The position numbers and the translations under genes are program-made. From an uncultured Chloroflexia bacterium (GTDB taxonomy: Bacteria; Chloroflexota; Limnocylindria; Limnocylindrales; CSP1-4): DNA of 64,000 bases. The notes under the pieces were generated by a model. The model had not been told where the DNA came from. It saw only the letters and a program-made list of their open reading frames with translations, and did not search any database. Below, piece after piece: positions 19,398-30,162 of this stretch. Location: contig CAVYIM010000007.1 of NCBI GenBank assembly GCA_963768655.1, positions 1 to 64,000 of the forward strand, in the 5' to 3' direction. Within the stretch, counting starts at the first letter, position 1, and each line of letters starts with the position of its first letter.

Positions 19398-21323
19398 TTG
19401 AACAGAGGCTTTCTCCGCAACGGGATCGTCATGGCCGTCCTGGTGGCCGCGACCGTCCTGCTGCTCTACATCCTTATCCAGCCGGCCGCTCCCAACACCA
19501 AGGCCTACTCGGACTTCCAGGCCGACGTCCAGTCAGGGAACGTCACTAAGGTCGTGATGGACGGCACGACTCTGACCGTGACGGACAAGAACGGGATGAC
19601 CTACACGGTCGTGGCAGATCTTGTCAACGGCGAGTACGACGAGATCCAGAGCTGGCTGAAGGCGGGCGGCATCACGACCCCGATCAACTACACGGACAAG
19701 CAGCCGGCCGACACGGGCTGGATAGTCCTGCTGTTCTCGACGCTGCTGCCGGTCGTCGTGATCGTCCTCTTCATCGTCTTCTTCATGCGCCAGGCCCAGG
19801 GCACGAACAACCAGGCCATGAGCTTCGGCAAGAGCCGGGCGCGCATGTTCCTCGGGAACAAGACGGTCGTCACCTTCGCCGACGTGGCAGGCGTCGATGA
19901 GGCCAAAGCGGACCTCCAAGAGGTCGTCGAGTTCCTCAAGTACCCTGAGAAATTCAACTCTCTGGGGGCGCGCATTCCGCGCGGCGTGCTGCTCGTCGGG
20001 CCTCCGGGAACCGGCAAGACCCTCCTTGCCAGGGCAGTAGCCGGCGAGGCGGGCGTGCCGTTCTTCTCCATCTCCGGATCCGAGTTCGTTGAGATGTTCG
20101 TCGGCGTAGGCGCCAGCCGCGTGCGCGACCTGTTCGACCAGGCCAAGCGCAACTCGCCCTGCATCGTCTTCGTCGACGAGATCGATGCCGTGGGGCGCCA
20201 GCGCGGCGCCGGCCTGGGCGGCTCTCACGACGAGCGCGAGCAGACCCTGAACCAGATCCTGGTCGAGATGGACGGCTTCGACACGAACACCAACGTGATC
20301 GTCGTGGCTGCCACAAACCGGCCCGATGTCCTGGACCCGGCGCTCCTTCGCCCCGGTCGCTTCGACCGCCAGGTCATCCTCGATCGACCGGATCTGCGGG
20401 GCCGCGTGGCCATCCTCAAGGTGCACACCAAGGGCAAGCCGCTCGACAAGACTGTCGACTCGGAGAACCTGGCCCGACAGTCCCCCGGCTTCTCTGGCGC
20501 AGATCTTGCGAACCTCGTGAATGAGGCCGCCATTCTGGCCGCGCGGCGCAACCGCAAGACCATCGGCATGCCCGAGTTCAACGAGGCCCTGGAGCGGATC
20601 GTGGCCGGCCCCGAGCGCAAGAGCCGCATCATCTCGGACGCCGAGAAGCGGATCATCGCCATCCACGAAGGCGGCCACGCCGTCGTCCAGCGCGTCCTGC
20701 CCAAGTGCGATCCGGTGAACAAGGTCACGATCATCAGCCGCGGCATGGCCCTGGGCTACACCATGGCGCTGCCCGTCGAGGACCGCTACCTCCAGTCCAA
20801 GACCGAGTTCGAGGACAAGATCGCGGGCCTTCTCGGTGGCAATGCCGCCGAGCGGCTCATCTTCGGCGACACCACCACCGGAGCCAGCAACGACATCGAG
20901 AAGGCGACCGACCTGGCCCGCCGGATGGTCACCGAATGGGGCATGAGCGACAAGCTCGGTCCGCTGGCCTTCGGCAAGCGCGACGAGATGATCTTCCTGG
21001 GCCGCGAGATCGGCGAGCAGCGCAACTACTCCGACGACGTTGCCAAGCTCATCGACGAAGAGGTCCGAGCGCTCATCGAAAACGGCTACGTTCGGGCCAC
21101 TCAGGTTCTGACCGAGAACAAGGTGAGGCTGCTGGCCCTGGCCGACAAGCTCATCGCCGAGGAGACAGTCGAAACCGAGGCATTCGAGCAGCTGTTCAGC
21201 GACCTGCCCCCCAAGGAGAACCTGCACGGCATAAGCCTTGTGCCGACGCCGGGCGTCACTTTCAGCGACCCGACGCCGAGTGTGCCGCCCCCGGCCACCG
21301 CTCCCAGCCCAAGCCCCTCCTGA
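19398..21323 (+). CDS. ftsH: ATP-dependent zinc metalloprotease FtsH
   Basis: 2 [30 protein letters not shown]. Confidence 0.98.
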   Translation: MNRGFLRNGIVMAVLVAATVLLLYILIQPAAPNTKAYSDFQADVQSGNVTKVVMDGTTLTVTDKNGMTYTVVADLVNGEYDEIQSWLKAGGITTPINYTDKQPADTGWIVLLFSTLLPVVVIVLFIVFFMRQAQGTNNQAMSFGKSRARMFLGNKTVVTFADVAGVDEAKADLQEVVEFLKYPEKFNSLGARIPRGVLLVGPPGTGKTLLARAVAGEAGVPFFSISGSEFVEMFVGVGASRVRDLFDQAKRNSPCIVFVDEIDAVGRQRGAGLGGSHDEREQTLNQILVEMDGFDTNTNVIVVAATNRPDVLDPALLRPGRFDRQVILDRPDLRGRVAILKVHTKGKPLDKTVDSENLARQSPGFSGADLANLVNEAAILAARRNRKTIGMPEFNEALERIVAGPERKSRIISDAEKRIIAIHEGGHAVVQRVLPKCDPVNKVTIISRGMALGYTMALPVEDRYLQSKTEFEDKIAGLLGGNAAERLIFGDTTTGASNDIEKATDLARRMVTEWGMSDKLGPLAFGKRDEMIFLGREIGEQRNYSDDVAKLIDEEVRALIENGYVRATQVLTENKVRLLALADKLIAEETVETEAFEQLFSDLPPKENLHGISLVPTPGVTFSDPTPSVPPPATAPSPSPS

Positions 21324-21345
21324 GAGGGATAGCGCCAACAGGACA

Positions 21346-21381
21346 GCCGGGCGGCCGAAAGGTCGCCCGGTTCTTGTGTTT
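21346..21381 (+). terminator. intrinsic terminator
   Basis: gccgggcggcc-GAAA-ggtcgcccggt followed by a T-rich tract. Confidence 0.75.
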
Positions 21382-21463
21382 CGCCCAGGAGCCCCCGGGC
21401 GGTCGTGGGTAGAATCGCCGCAGTGGCCGCGCATGCCGCAGCCGCCGAAGCGGGAGAGCTCCA

Positions 21464-22885
21464 ATGGCCGACGCATCCACGCATCCGATCGTTCGCGACG
21501 ACGCCCTCGAGGAATACCTGGCGCGGACCGCCGATCGGCGGCTTGAGTCGTACAAGGCCTTGCTCCGCATTCCGAGCATCTCCGGCATCCCCGCCCATGC
21601 CCCCGACTGTCGCGCCGCGGCCGAGTTCATCGCCGCGGACCTGCGCGAGATCGGCATGGAGCATGTCGAGGTCTGCGAGACCGGCGGGCACCCGGTGGTC
21701 TACGCGGACTGGCTGCATGCCGCCGGGAAGCCCACCGTCCTCGCCTATGCCCACTACGACGTCCAGCCCGTCGACCCGGTGGACCTGTGGGAGTCGCCGC
21801 CTTTCGTACCGGTCGTCAAGGAAGGCCGCATGCTCGCCCGCGGTTCGTCCGACTGCAAGTGCCACGTATCCATGCACGCCCGCGCCGTCGAGGCGCTCCT
21901 GGCGACCCGCAAGTCCCTGCCCGTCAACCTCAAGTTCGTGATCGAAGGCGAGGAAGAGTCGAGCTCCGTCCACCTGGACGGCTGGCTCGAGGCGAATCGC
22001 GACCGCCTCCAGGCCGATTTCGCCGTGATCTCGGACACGGGCTTCTTCGAGGGCAACCTGCCGGCCATCACGGTCGGGCTGCGCGGCCTCGTGTACTTCC
22101 AGCTCGATGTCACGGGCAGCCGCATCGACCTGCATTCGGGCGTGTACGGTGGGGCAGTCGACAATCCGGTGAATGCCCTGTGCGCCATCGTGGCAGCCCT
22201 CAAAGGGCCCGATGGACGCGTCAAGGTGCCGGGCTTCTACGATGACGTAGCCGAGCTGACAGAGCTCGACCGCCAGGCATTCGCCGCGCTCCCGTTCGAT
22301 CAGGAGGCCTATCGCGAGGGCATCGGCGTGCCCGCCTTCCTGGGCGAGCCGGGCTTCACGATCCTGGAGCAACTGGGGGCGCGGCCCACGCTCGACGTCA
22401 ACGGCATCTGGGGCGGCTTCGAGGGCGAAGGTGCCAAGACGATCATTCCCGCTCATGCCCACGCCAAGATCAGCTGCCGGCTCGTGGCCAACCAGGAGCC
22501 GGAGCGTATCTTCGAGCTCATCGCGGCCTACGTCGCGGAGGTCGCGCCCAAGTCGATCCGCTACTCGTTCCAGCGGCTGGGCGACGGCCGGCCGAGCCTG
22601 ACCCCGATCGACCACCCCGCGACCCAGGCTGCGGCGCGGGCGATCGAGTCTACCTTCGGAGTCACGCCTCTCTACATCCGTGAGGGAGGCTCCGTGCCTG
22701 TTTGCGCCAGCTTCGAGTCGATCCTCGGGCTGTCCACTGTGTTGCTCGGCTTCGCCCCGGCGGACGGACAGTTTCACGCCCCGAACGAGTGGATGTGGAT
22801 GTCCAACTTCGAAACGGGTATCAGGACCATTGCGCGATACTGGGACGAGGTGGCAGGCCTCAAGCTCCGCCAGGGAATGAGTTGA
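21464..22885 (+). CDS. M20 family dipeptidase
   Basis: HYDVQP, RGSSDCK, EGEEE, DLHSG, HAPNE. Confidence 0.93.
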   Translation: MADASTHPIVRDDALEEYLARTADRRLESYKALLRIPSISGIPAHAPDCRAAAEFIAADLREIGMEHVEVCETGGHPVVYADWLHAAGKPTVLAYAHYDVQPVDPVDLWESPPFVPVVKEGRMLARGSSDCKCHVSMHARAVEALLATRKSLPVNLKFVIEGEEESSSVHLDGWLEANRDRLQADFAVISDTGFFEGNLPAITVGLRGLVYFQLDVTGSRIDLHSGVYGGAVDNPVNALCAIVAALKGPDGRVKVPGFYDDVAELTELDRQAFAALPFDQEAYREGIGVPAFLGEPGFTILEQLGARPTLDVNGIWGGFEGEGAKTIIPAHAHAKISCRLVANQEPERIFELIAAYVAEVAPKSIRYSFQRLGDGRPSLTPIDHPATQAAARAIESTFGVTPLYIREGGSVPVCASFESILGLSTVLLGFAPADGQFHAPNEWMWMSNFETGIRTIARYWDEVAGLKLRQGMS

Positions 22886-23001
22886 CATGCGGATGTGGAG
22901 GCCCGAGCGGACGTGTGCACTCCAGATGGGTACTTGCACGGCATGGTCGCTGGTAGGATGAATCGGCTTGCATCACGACTAACAACTCGCTGGAGGCAAT
23001 C

Positions 23002-24087
23002 GTGACGGCGAAAGATCGCCCGGCGGACACGGAAACACCTTCCCAGCGTACCTGGCGGCTCGACACCGACAACGGCAGCCTGGCCCCGCGGTCGGCGTTG
23101 GACGTGCTCGTCGACCTCAACGACAACCTGGCCAGCGGACGATTCGGCGAGTACCAGCCTGTGCCGCTGGGGTTCGGCCTCCTCGACAAGACGATCGGAG
23201 GTGGACTTCGAGCAGGCGAATTACTGCTCATCGGCGGCGCGCAGGGGACCGGCAAGACGACCATGGCCCTACAGATGGCGCGCAACGTCGCCTCCAGCGG
23301 CCAGGCGAACGTGCTGTACGTGTGCTTCGAGCACGAGGAGCAATACCTGCTGAACCGGCTCGTCGCCCTTGAATCGGCCCTGGCCCACCTCCCGCAGAAG
23401 GCCGGTGCGATCAAGATCCAGGACGTCCGCAAGGAGATCATGGCTTCGTGGATGGCCGAAGGCGCCGGCGGCGCCGGCCTGACCGCGAATCAGAAGCTGC
23501 GCCCCAGCCTGGATCGGATCGCCCGGTACGGCCAGAGTCTCTTCCTGATGCGAGGAAGCCAGACCGCAAGCACGATCGACAACCTGCGCAAGCTCGTGCA
23601 ACAGCATCGCGCGCTCTCGGGCGACCGCCGGCTGCTGGTCGTGGTCGACTACATGCAGAAGGTTCCGATGTACCCGGAGCCCAGCACCGAGGCCGAGAAG
23701 GTCACCTTCATCGTCAACGGTCTCAAAGACATCGCCCTTACCGAGCAAGTGGCGATGATCTCGATAGTGGCCGCCGACAAGGAGGGCCTGAAGGCCCAGC
23801 GGCTGCGGAACCACCACCTCCGCGGCTCGTCGGCGATCAACTACGAAGCCGACATCATCCTGATCATCAACGAGAAGTACCACATCGTCGCCAAGGTCAA
23901 CATCGAGTTCAACCCGTACCAGGCTCAGCGTTTCCGCGAGTGGGTAGTCGTCTCGATCGAGAAGAACCGCGGCGGCCAGGACAACATCGATCTGGAATTC
24001 GAGAAGCACTTCGAGTACTCCTGCTTCGATCCGAACGGCCGGACCGTCCAGGAGAAGCTGATCGAAGAGCGCCTCTACAACGACTGA
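23002..24087 (+). CDS. DnaB-like (RecA-fold) ATPase lacking the DnaB N-terminal domain
   Basis: GGAQGTGKT, VVDYMQ, LRGSSAINYEAD, IEKNRGG. Confidence 0.85.
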   Translation: MTAKDRPADTETPSQRTWRLDTDNGSLAPRSALDVLVDLNDNLASGRFGEYQPVPLGFGLLDKTIGGGLRAGELLLIGGAQGTGKTTMALQMARNVASSGQANVLYVCFEHEEQYLLNRLVALESALAHLPQKAGAIKIQDVRKEIMASWMAEGAGGAGLTANQKLRPSLDRIARYGQSLFLMRGSQTASTIDNLRKLVQQHRALSGDRRLLVVVDYMQKVPMYPEPSTEAEKVTFIVNGLKDIALTEQVAMISIVAADKEGLKAQRLRNHHLRGSSAINYEADIILIINEKYHIVAKVNIEFNPYQAQRFREWVVVSIEKNRGGQDNIDLEFEKHFEYSCFDPNGRTVQEKLIEERLYND

Positions 24088-24100
24088 CCCGCAGCGCCCG

Positions 24101-24754
24101 ATGAGCTATGGCCGGAGGCCGGGCGACGGCCGGCGGCGGCCCTTCGTGCGGCCGGCCGACGACCCTCCGGGGACGAGCCGGCTCTTCGTGGCCGTGCCCG
24201 TCGCCGACGACGTTCGTCAGGCTGTGGGGCGGTTGATGGAGCAGTTGGCCGGCGCCCCGATCGACATGCGCGGCCCGGGCCAGCCGCGCTGGGTCCGAGT
24301 CGAGGGGCTTCATCTGACGCTCCGCTTCCTGGGGGCCACGCCGGACGTCCGCGTCCAGGAGCTCTCGGCGGCTGTGACTGCCGCCGCACGCGGAGTGGCA
24401 CCGTTTCGTGTCGAACTGGGCGGCGGAGGGGCTTTCCCGACTCCCCAGCGGCCTCGAGTGCTGTGGATCGGGATCGGGGCGGGAGCGCCGGAGCTGGGAG
24501 CCCTGGCGCGGCGGCTGGACGGAGAGTTGCAGCGTCTGGGCTGGCCGCCGGAGAACCGGCCGTTCCAGGCTCACCTGACGCTCGCCCGCACCGACGGCGT
24601 GGCAGGGTCGGACGAGAAGGCCAGGCGGTTGATCGAGCTGGCGCGCGACGTCCGGCTGGCGTGGCTGGCGGGCAGCCTCATCCTCTACAAGAGCCATCTG
24701 GGCCGGGGCCCGACACACTACGAAGCCTTGAGCGAGGCGCGCCTGGGGGGTTGA
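24101..24754 (+). CDS. thpR: RNA 2',3'-cyclic phosphodiesterase (2H family)
   Basis: RLFVA and two HLTL motifs. Confidence 0.92.
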   Translation: MSYGRRPGDGRRRPFVRPADDPPGTSRLFVAVPVADDVRQAVGRLMEQLAGAPIDMRGPGQPRWVRVEGLHLTLRFLGATPDVRVQELSAAVTAAARGVAPFRVELGGGGAFPTPQRPRVLWIGIGAGAPELGALARRLDGELQRLGWPPENRPFQAHLTLARTDGVAGSDEKARRLIELARDVRLAWLAGSLILYKSHLGRGPTHYEALSEARLGG

Positions 24755-25060
24755 CCTCGCCGAATCGACCGATCGTCGCTTTCATCTCGTGACCGTCGGC
24801 GCCCCGGAATATTGGTGGCGGCCGATGCTCGGCGGTTTGCGGCCGGCGGCCCACGACCCACGGCCGGCGGCCCACGACCGGCGCTGGGCGCCTGGCGCGC
24901 AGAGATGGCGGGCCGGGCGCCTGGCCACGCCGCCGGCTCGCCATGCGCAGTCGCCGTGCAGGAGCCCTGGCGGAAGCCGTAGGCTTTGCGCTCCAACCGC
25001 GTCGATGGGCGGGAGGGGGTTCGAGCTAGAGGTCGCCGGGATGCCGGCGGGAGGAGTCGG

Positions 25061-26413
25061 ATGGTCGAGCGCACGCGCTACATGCTGGACGAGGACAAGA
25101 TCCCTCGCGCCTGGTACAACATTTCGGCGGATCTGCCCGTTCCTCAGGCGCCGCCGCTCCATCCCGGCACGCACCAGCCGCTCACGCCCGACGACCTCGC
25201 GCCGCTCTTCCCGATGGCGCTGATCATGCAGGAGGTTTCGACCGAGCGCGAGATCGAGATCCCCGAACCGGTGCGCGCCGCCTACGCCCAGTATCGGCCC
25301 AGCCCGCTGGTACGTGCCCTGCGGCTCGAGAAGGCGCTCGATACGCCGGCCCACATCTACTACAAGTACGAGGGCGTGAGTTCGGCCGGCAGCCACAAGC
25401 CGAACACCGCCATCGCCCAGGCGTTCTACAACAAGCAGGAAGGTATCAAGCGCATCGCCACCGAGACGGGTGCCGGCCAGTGGGGCAGCGCGCTCGCCCA
25501 CGCGGGCGCGATGTTCGGTCTCGAGATCAAGGTCTACATGGTGCGGGCGAGCTACGACCAGAAGCCATACCGCCGCCTCATGATGGAAACCTACGGCGCG
25601 AGCGTCGTCGCCAGCCCGAGCAACGAGACCGACTCAGGGCGCGCCATCCTGGCCGAGCATCCCGACAGCCCCGGTTCGCTGGGCATGGCGATCAGCGAGG
25701 CGGTCGAGGACACGATGAAGCGTGACGACACGCACTACTCCCTCGGCTCCGTGTTGAACCACGTTCTGCTCCACCAGACGGTGATCGGCGAGGAGTCGAT
25801 CCTCCAGATGGAGATGGCAGGCGAGGAGCCCGACATAATCATCGCCTGCGCCGGCGGTGGCTCGAATTTCGGCGGCATCGCCTTCCCGTGGCTGGGCCGG
25901 ACTTTCCGGGGCGGCCGCAAGTACCAGGTCATCGCGGTCGAGCCTCTGGCGGCACCGAGCCTGACGCGCGGCAAGTACATGTACGACTACGGGGACACGG
26001 CCAAGCTGGCGCCGGTGGCCAAGATGTATACGCTCGGCCACGACTTCGTGCCGGAGCCGATCCACGCCGGCGGGCTGCGCTATCACGGCATGGCGCCGCA
26101 GGTCAGCCTGCTGAAGCACCACGGCTACATCGAGGCCCGCAGCCTCCATCAGCGTCCCTGCTTTGAGGCCGGAGTTCAGTTCGCGCGGACAGAAGGGATC
26201 ATCCCGGCGCCCGAGTCGACGCATGCCATCCGCGTCGCGGTCGACGAGGCTATCGCAGCCAAGAAGTCGGGTGAGAAGAAGGTCATCCTCTTCAACCTGT
26301 CCGGCCACGGGCTCTTCGACCTGTCGTCCTATCAGCGATACCTCAGCGGTCTGCTTGAGGACTACGAATACCCCGCCAAGGAGATCCGCGAGGCCCTCTC
26401 CCACGCGGGCTGA
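25061..26413 (+). CDS. trpB2: TrpB2-type PLP-dependent tryptophan synthase beta
   Basis: GSHKPN (PLP Lys), [35 protein letters not shown]. Confidence 0.93.
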   Translation: MVERTRYMLDEDKIPRAWYNISADLPVPQAPPLHPGTHQPLTPDDLAPLFPMALIMQEVSTEREIEIPEPVRAAYAQYRPSPLVRALRLEKALDTPAHIYYKYEGVSSAGSHKPNTAIAQAFYNKQEGIKRIATETGAGQWGSALAHAGAMFGLEIKVYMVRASYDQKPYRRLMMETYGASVVASPSNETDSGRAILAEHPDSPGSLGMAISEAVEDTMKRDDTHYSLGSVLNHVLLHQTVIGEESILQMEMAGEEPDIIIACAGGGSNFGGIAFPWLGRTFRGGRKYQVIAVEPLAAPSLTRGKYMYDYGDTAKLAPVAKMYTLGHDFVPEPIHAGGLRYHGMAPQVSLLKHHGYIEARSLHQRPCFEAGVQFARTEGIIPAPESTHAIRVAVDEAIAAKKSGEKKVILFNLSGHGLFDLSSYQRYLSGLLEDYEYPAKEIREALSHAG

Positions 26414-26434
26414 CCTGTTCCGATCAAGGTTCAG

Positions 26435-26460
26435 GAGCCGCGCCGGAAGGCGCGGCTCTT
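26435..26460. terminator. hairpin after trpB2, possibly bidirectional
   Basis: gagccgcgcc-GGAA-ggcgcggctc-tt. Confidence 0.65.
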
Positions 26461-26630
26461 CGGATTCAGGACGGTTCGCTGCCGGCGGGCAGCCGATCGC
26501 TGGAGGAGGGGATAGCGATCGGCAGGAACAGAGCAGGAGGCGGGGAGCGGGTCGCTCCGGGGGGAGCGAAGCGACCCGCCGACACGGTCACTTGCCCGAG
26601 TGACCGTCGCCTCGCCATCGCTGGCGAACC
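26435..26630 (-). ncRNA. candidate sRNA with C-rich loops (6C/cuckoo-like)
   Basis: Perfect 10-bp stems with minus-strand loops AUCCCCUCCUCC and UCGCUCCCCCCGG, plus further hairpins. Confidence 0.45.
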
Positions 26631-26760
26631 TAAATATCATGAGTATTAGATCGGCACGTGGCATCGTGCATCCAACGTATTCACGGGCACACGATCGGAG
26701 CCCCGGAATCGGTCGATGCGCGATGGCCCCATTTGTCCCGCGATGGCGTAGCATCAAGCC

Positions 26761-27000
26761 ATGCCACGACTCGCCTGCTTCTCCTGCGGCCGGACTATCT
26801 GGGCGACCGTTCCGCTGGCGTCGCTCTTCGCCGAAGAGCGACGGTGCCCGCGGTGCGGAGCATCGCTTCGCGACGATCGGCGAGTGTGGGATCGGCGCGA
26901 CTATGCCAGGCGTGAGAGGGGCGTGGGGATCTCGCCGACCGGTGAGGAACGTCGTGTCGCGGACCGCCGAACCGTCCGGCGCCGCCGCAGCGCCGCCTGA
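26761..27000 (+). CDS. small Zn-ribbon protein with Arg-rich DRR/ERR repeats
   Basis: CFSC...CPRC; DRRVWDRR, ERRVADRR. Confidence 0.7.
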   Translation: MPRLACFSCGRTIWATVPLASLFAEERRCPRCGASLRDDRRVWDRRDYARRERGVGISPTGEERRVADRRTVRRRRSAA

Positions 27001-27113
27001 TCTCGCGGGTCAGTAGCGGTCGGGCGGGCGAGCTGCGGCGATTGGCGCGGCCTGAGTCTCGATCCCCGGCATCCGAACCAGGGCGCGTTCGCTCTCTGCT
27101 CTCGCCCTCTGGG

Positions 27114-27809
27114 CTAGAAGAGGCTGTCGTCCGACTTGGGCGGCTCCACGAGCCTGTTGCGGAGCGCGAAGGCCACGGCCTCCAGCTTGGAATGCACTCG
27201 CAGCTTGCCCATGATGTTCTGGACGTGCGTACGCAGCGTGTTGGGGGCGATGTAGAGACGCTCGCAGATCTCCGGCGTAGCCAGTCCCTCGGTCAGGGCC
27301 TTGAGCACTTCTAGCTCGCGCGGTGTCAGTGGCTCGATCTGGCGGCGCTCGGTGCCACGCTCCCTCGCGGCGGCGACGCGCTGGGCAATGCCGACGATCA
27401 CCGACCGGGGCAGAAGCGTCTCGCCCGCGTACGCGGCCCGGACCGCGTTGACGACCTCGTCGATCGCCCGGTCCTTGGTGAGATAGCCGTCCGCTCCGGC
27501 CTGGATCGACTCGAGAACCGTCTCGTCGTCCGTGAGGGCGGTCAGCATCACGACGCGAGCGGCGGGCCAGCGGGCTTTGATGGCCCGAGTGGCTTCGGCC
27601 CCGGTCCCGTCGGGCAAGCGATAGTCCATCAGGACGACATCGAGGCGTTCGCGGGCCATGGCCTTGGCCTCGGCCACACTGCCGGCGACACCGGCAACGA
27701 TGATGTCTGGCTCGCGGCTGAGCATCTGCGACAGGGCGCCAGTCAGGAGCTGATGGTCGTCGACAAGGAGGACCCGGATCGGTCTGGTCTCGCCATACGA
27801 TTCGAGCAT
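27114..27809 (-). CDS. NarL/LuxR-family response regulator
   Basis: VLLVDDH, VLMDYRLPD, YLTK, LTPRELEVL...TLRTHVQNI. Confidence 0.95.
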   Translation of the reverse strand: MLESYGETRPIRVLLVDDHQLLTGALSQMLSREPDIIVAGVAGSVAEAKAMARERLDVVLMDYRLPDGTGAEATRAIKARWPAARVVMLTALTDDETVLESIQAGADGYLTKDRAIDEVVNAVRAAYAGETLLPRSVIVGIAQRVAAARERGTERRQIEPLTPRELEVLKALTEGLATPEICERLYIAPNTLRTHVQNIMGKLRVHSKLEAVAFALRNRLVEPPKSDDSLF

Positions 27810-28067
27810 TGCTGGTGACCCTTCTTGAGTGTCGGCGCCGACGGGGAGGGTTGAGCAGCAATACCGGCCCCAACGCCTCTTGCATTCTAATCGGACTTTC
27901 AGCCTCCGCGCACTCATTCATCCGGGTTGGCGGCGCGGCACCCGGAATGAGTACCCCGGGCGGGCACTATGCAGCCCGCGATCGATCGGCTGCGTGCGAG
28001 ATCGTTGCGAGAATGTATAGAGCGACAGGTGGATTCGGGTGCAGGCGCGCCGCCCCATAATGGCGGC

Positions 28068-28955
28068 GTGAGAGTATCCATCGTCGGCTTCGGTCTGATC
28101 GGCGGCTCGATTGCGCGTGCCCTGCGCAGCCGTGGAGGAGCAGGGGAGTGGCACCTCACGGCCTGGAGCCGCACGCCGGGGCCGGTGCAGAAAGCCGTTG
28201 GGGACGGCGTCCTCGACACGGCCGCCGCGACGCTGGAAGATGCCGTTCGTGGCTCGGACCTGATCGTGCTGGCAGCACCGCCGCTGACGTGCCTGGGCCT
28301 CATTGACGAGATCGGCGGGACGCTGCGCAGCGCGCTGCCCGAGGACGCCACGGTCACGGACGCGGCCAGCTCGAAGGCCCGGATCGTGGCCCGTGCCGAC
28401 GCGGTGCGCTTGCCCTTCGTCGGGGGGCACCCGATGGCAGGTCGTGAGGCCAGCGGCTACTCCGCCGCGCTTCCGGACCTCTTCGTCGGGCGGCCGTGGG
28501 TGACTGTCCCGGGGACCTACGCGCGACTCCTCGACGCCGAGCGGGTAGGTGAGTTGATAGAGGCCTGCGGAGCTATCCAGATTCCTATGCTGGCGGCAGC
28601 TCACGACGACGCCGTCGCGGCTATCAGCCACATGCCTCTGATCGTCTCCGCCGTCCTCGTCGAAGCCATTGCGGGCGGGTTCCGTGCTCCAGAGCGCGTG
28701 GACTGGCAGGCCGCTCAGGCTCTGGCCGCCACGGGCTGGGCCGGCATGACGCGCCTCGCCCGCGGTGATCCGGCCATGGGCGCCGGCATCGCGGCGACGA
28801 ATTCGGCCGCCATCGCCGCTCGGTTGCGCGACGTGCGGGCGGCCATAGACGAGTGGCTGGCCGAGTTGGATCGGAAGGGCGGCCCCGATGCCGAGGTGCT
28901 TCAGTCGCGCTTCGTTTCGGCGAAGAAACGCCTGGAGGACTCCGAGCAGAGATGA
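28068..28955 (+). CDS. tyrA: prephenate/arogenate dehydrogenase
   Basis: GFGLIGGS, GGHPMAGRE, HD...ISHMP, TRLA; CATAAT just upstream of the GTG suggests a leaderless mRNA. Confidence 0.88.
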   Translation: MRVSIVGFGLIGGSIARALRSRGGAGEWHLTAWSRTPGPVQKAVGDGVLDTAAATLEDAVRGSDLIVLAAPPLTCLGLIDEIGGTLRSALPEDATVTDAASSKARIVARADAVRLPFVGGHPMAGREASGYSAALPDLFVGRPWVTVPGTYARLLDAERVGELIEACGAIQIPMLAAAHDDAVAAISHMPLIVSAVLVEAIAGGFRAPERVDWQAAQALAATGWAGMTRLARGDPAMGAGIAATNSAAIAARLRDVRAAIDEWLAELDRKGGPDAEVLQSRFVSAKKRLEDSEQR

Positions 28956-29560
28956 GCGCGGGGCCGGAGCTTGTCTATGCCGTGCCGCGGGACGTGCTGA
29001 TGGGCGATTCGACCTGGCGAGGCGTGCGAACTGCCGGGACCGAGAAGATCCTGGCACGCCTGGATCTCGGCGACTTCTACCCCAGGCCGGCGGCCGAGGC
29101 CGACACGGCCCTCAAGCAGCTCATCCCTTACCTGGTCCTGCGCGACGCGGATCGCATGTTCCTGATGAAGCGGAGTCGGGCCGGTGGCGATGTCAGGCTC
29201 CACGACCACTACTCGATTGGAGTGGGTGGGCACATGAACCCCGGCGACGAGTCGGTCCTTACGTGCCTCAAACGCGAATGGGGCGAGGAGCTGGTCGCCG
29301 ACTTCCTCCCCGAGTTCGAGTATTTCGGGTTGCTCAACGATGACCAGGTCGAGGTCGGCCGGCATCACCTGGGCGTCGTCTACCTGGCCGATGCGGCAGG
29401 CAGGCCCGTGGCGGTGCGCGAGACTGACAAGTTGAGCGGCGCCTTCGAGCCGATCGACGTCGTCCGGACGGTCTACGATCGCATGGAAACGTGGAGTCAG
29501 CTGGTACTCGACGCCCTCGACGACCGAACCTGCTCCGCGCCTTCGGAGTCTCACGCATGA
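28952..29560 (+). CDS. NUDIX-like phosphoesterase
   Basis: KQLIPY, SIGVGGH, REWGEE, VGRHHLG. Confidence 0.8.
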   Translation: MSAGPELVYAVPRDVLMGDSTWRGVRTAGTEKILARLDLGDFYPRPAAEADTALKQLIPYLVLRDADRMFLMKRSRAGGDVRLHDHYSIGVGGHMNPGDESVLTCLKREWGEELVADFLPEFEYFGLLNDDQVEVGRHHLGVVYLADAAGRPVAVRETDKLSGAFEPIDVVRTVYDRMETWSQLVLDALDDRTCSAPSESHA

Positions 29561-30162
29561 GCGACCACGTCGGTCCGCCCAGAGAGCGTGGCATGTTCGT
29601 CAAGGAAGCCTATCTGCAGCCCGATGTCGTTCGGGCGCCCGTTGAAGCGACCGGCGCCCGCGGCCGAACCATCGACTGGCAATTCGCCGAGGCTCTCACA
29701 GACGAGCTGAATGGCGCCTATCGGCTGGCCGGCTACCTTCTCGCCGACGCGGCCGAAGCTCAGGACGCCGTTCAGGAGGCCTCCGTTCGGGCCTGGCGAG
29801 GTCTATCCAATCTGCGGGAACGGGAGAAGTTCCACTCCTGGTTCAGCCAGATCCTCGTCAACGTATGCCGCACCAGGCTCCGCAAGCGGGCTCGCCAGCG
29901 CACCCTGGACGTCGATGAGGTGGATCTGGAGGGCGGCGACCCATTCCGGTCGGCCCTCGCGCGCGACGCAATAGGGCGAGCACTCTCAAGTCTCAGCACC
30001 GAGCTACGGATGGTCATCGTCCTGCGCTACTGGGGGGATCTCCCGCTGGCCGACATAGCCGATCGGTTGGGCATTCCGGTCGGCACCGTGAAGTCCCGAC
30101 ACCACGCTGCCCTGCAGACGCTGCGCCGCAAGATCGAACCGGCGACAGGGGGCATCAGATGA
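29557..30162 (+). CDS. ECF sigma-70 factor
   Basis: AQDAVQEA, W...ILVN, region 4 IADRLGIPVGTVKSR. Confidence 0.93.
   Translation: MSDHVGPPRERGMFVKEAYLQPDVVRAPVEATGARGRTIDWQFAEALTDELNGAYRLAGYLLADAAEAQDAVQEASVRAWRGLSNLREREKFHSWFSQILVNVCRTRLRKRARQRTLDVDEVDLEGGDPFRSALARDAIGRALSSLSTELRMVIVLRYWGDLPLADIADRLGIPVGTVKSRHHAALQTLRRKIEPATGGIR

Noticed and set aside
19533-22939. Long antisense ORFs over ftsH and the dipeptidase, and similar ones elsewhere
   Set aside because: Shadow frames expected from high GC3; no recognisable motifs.
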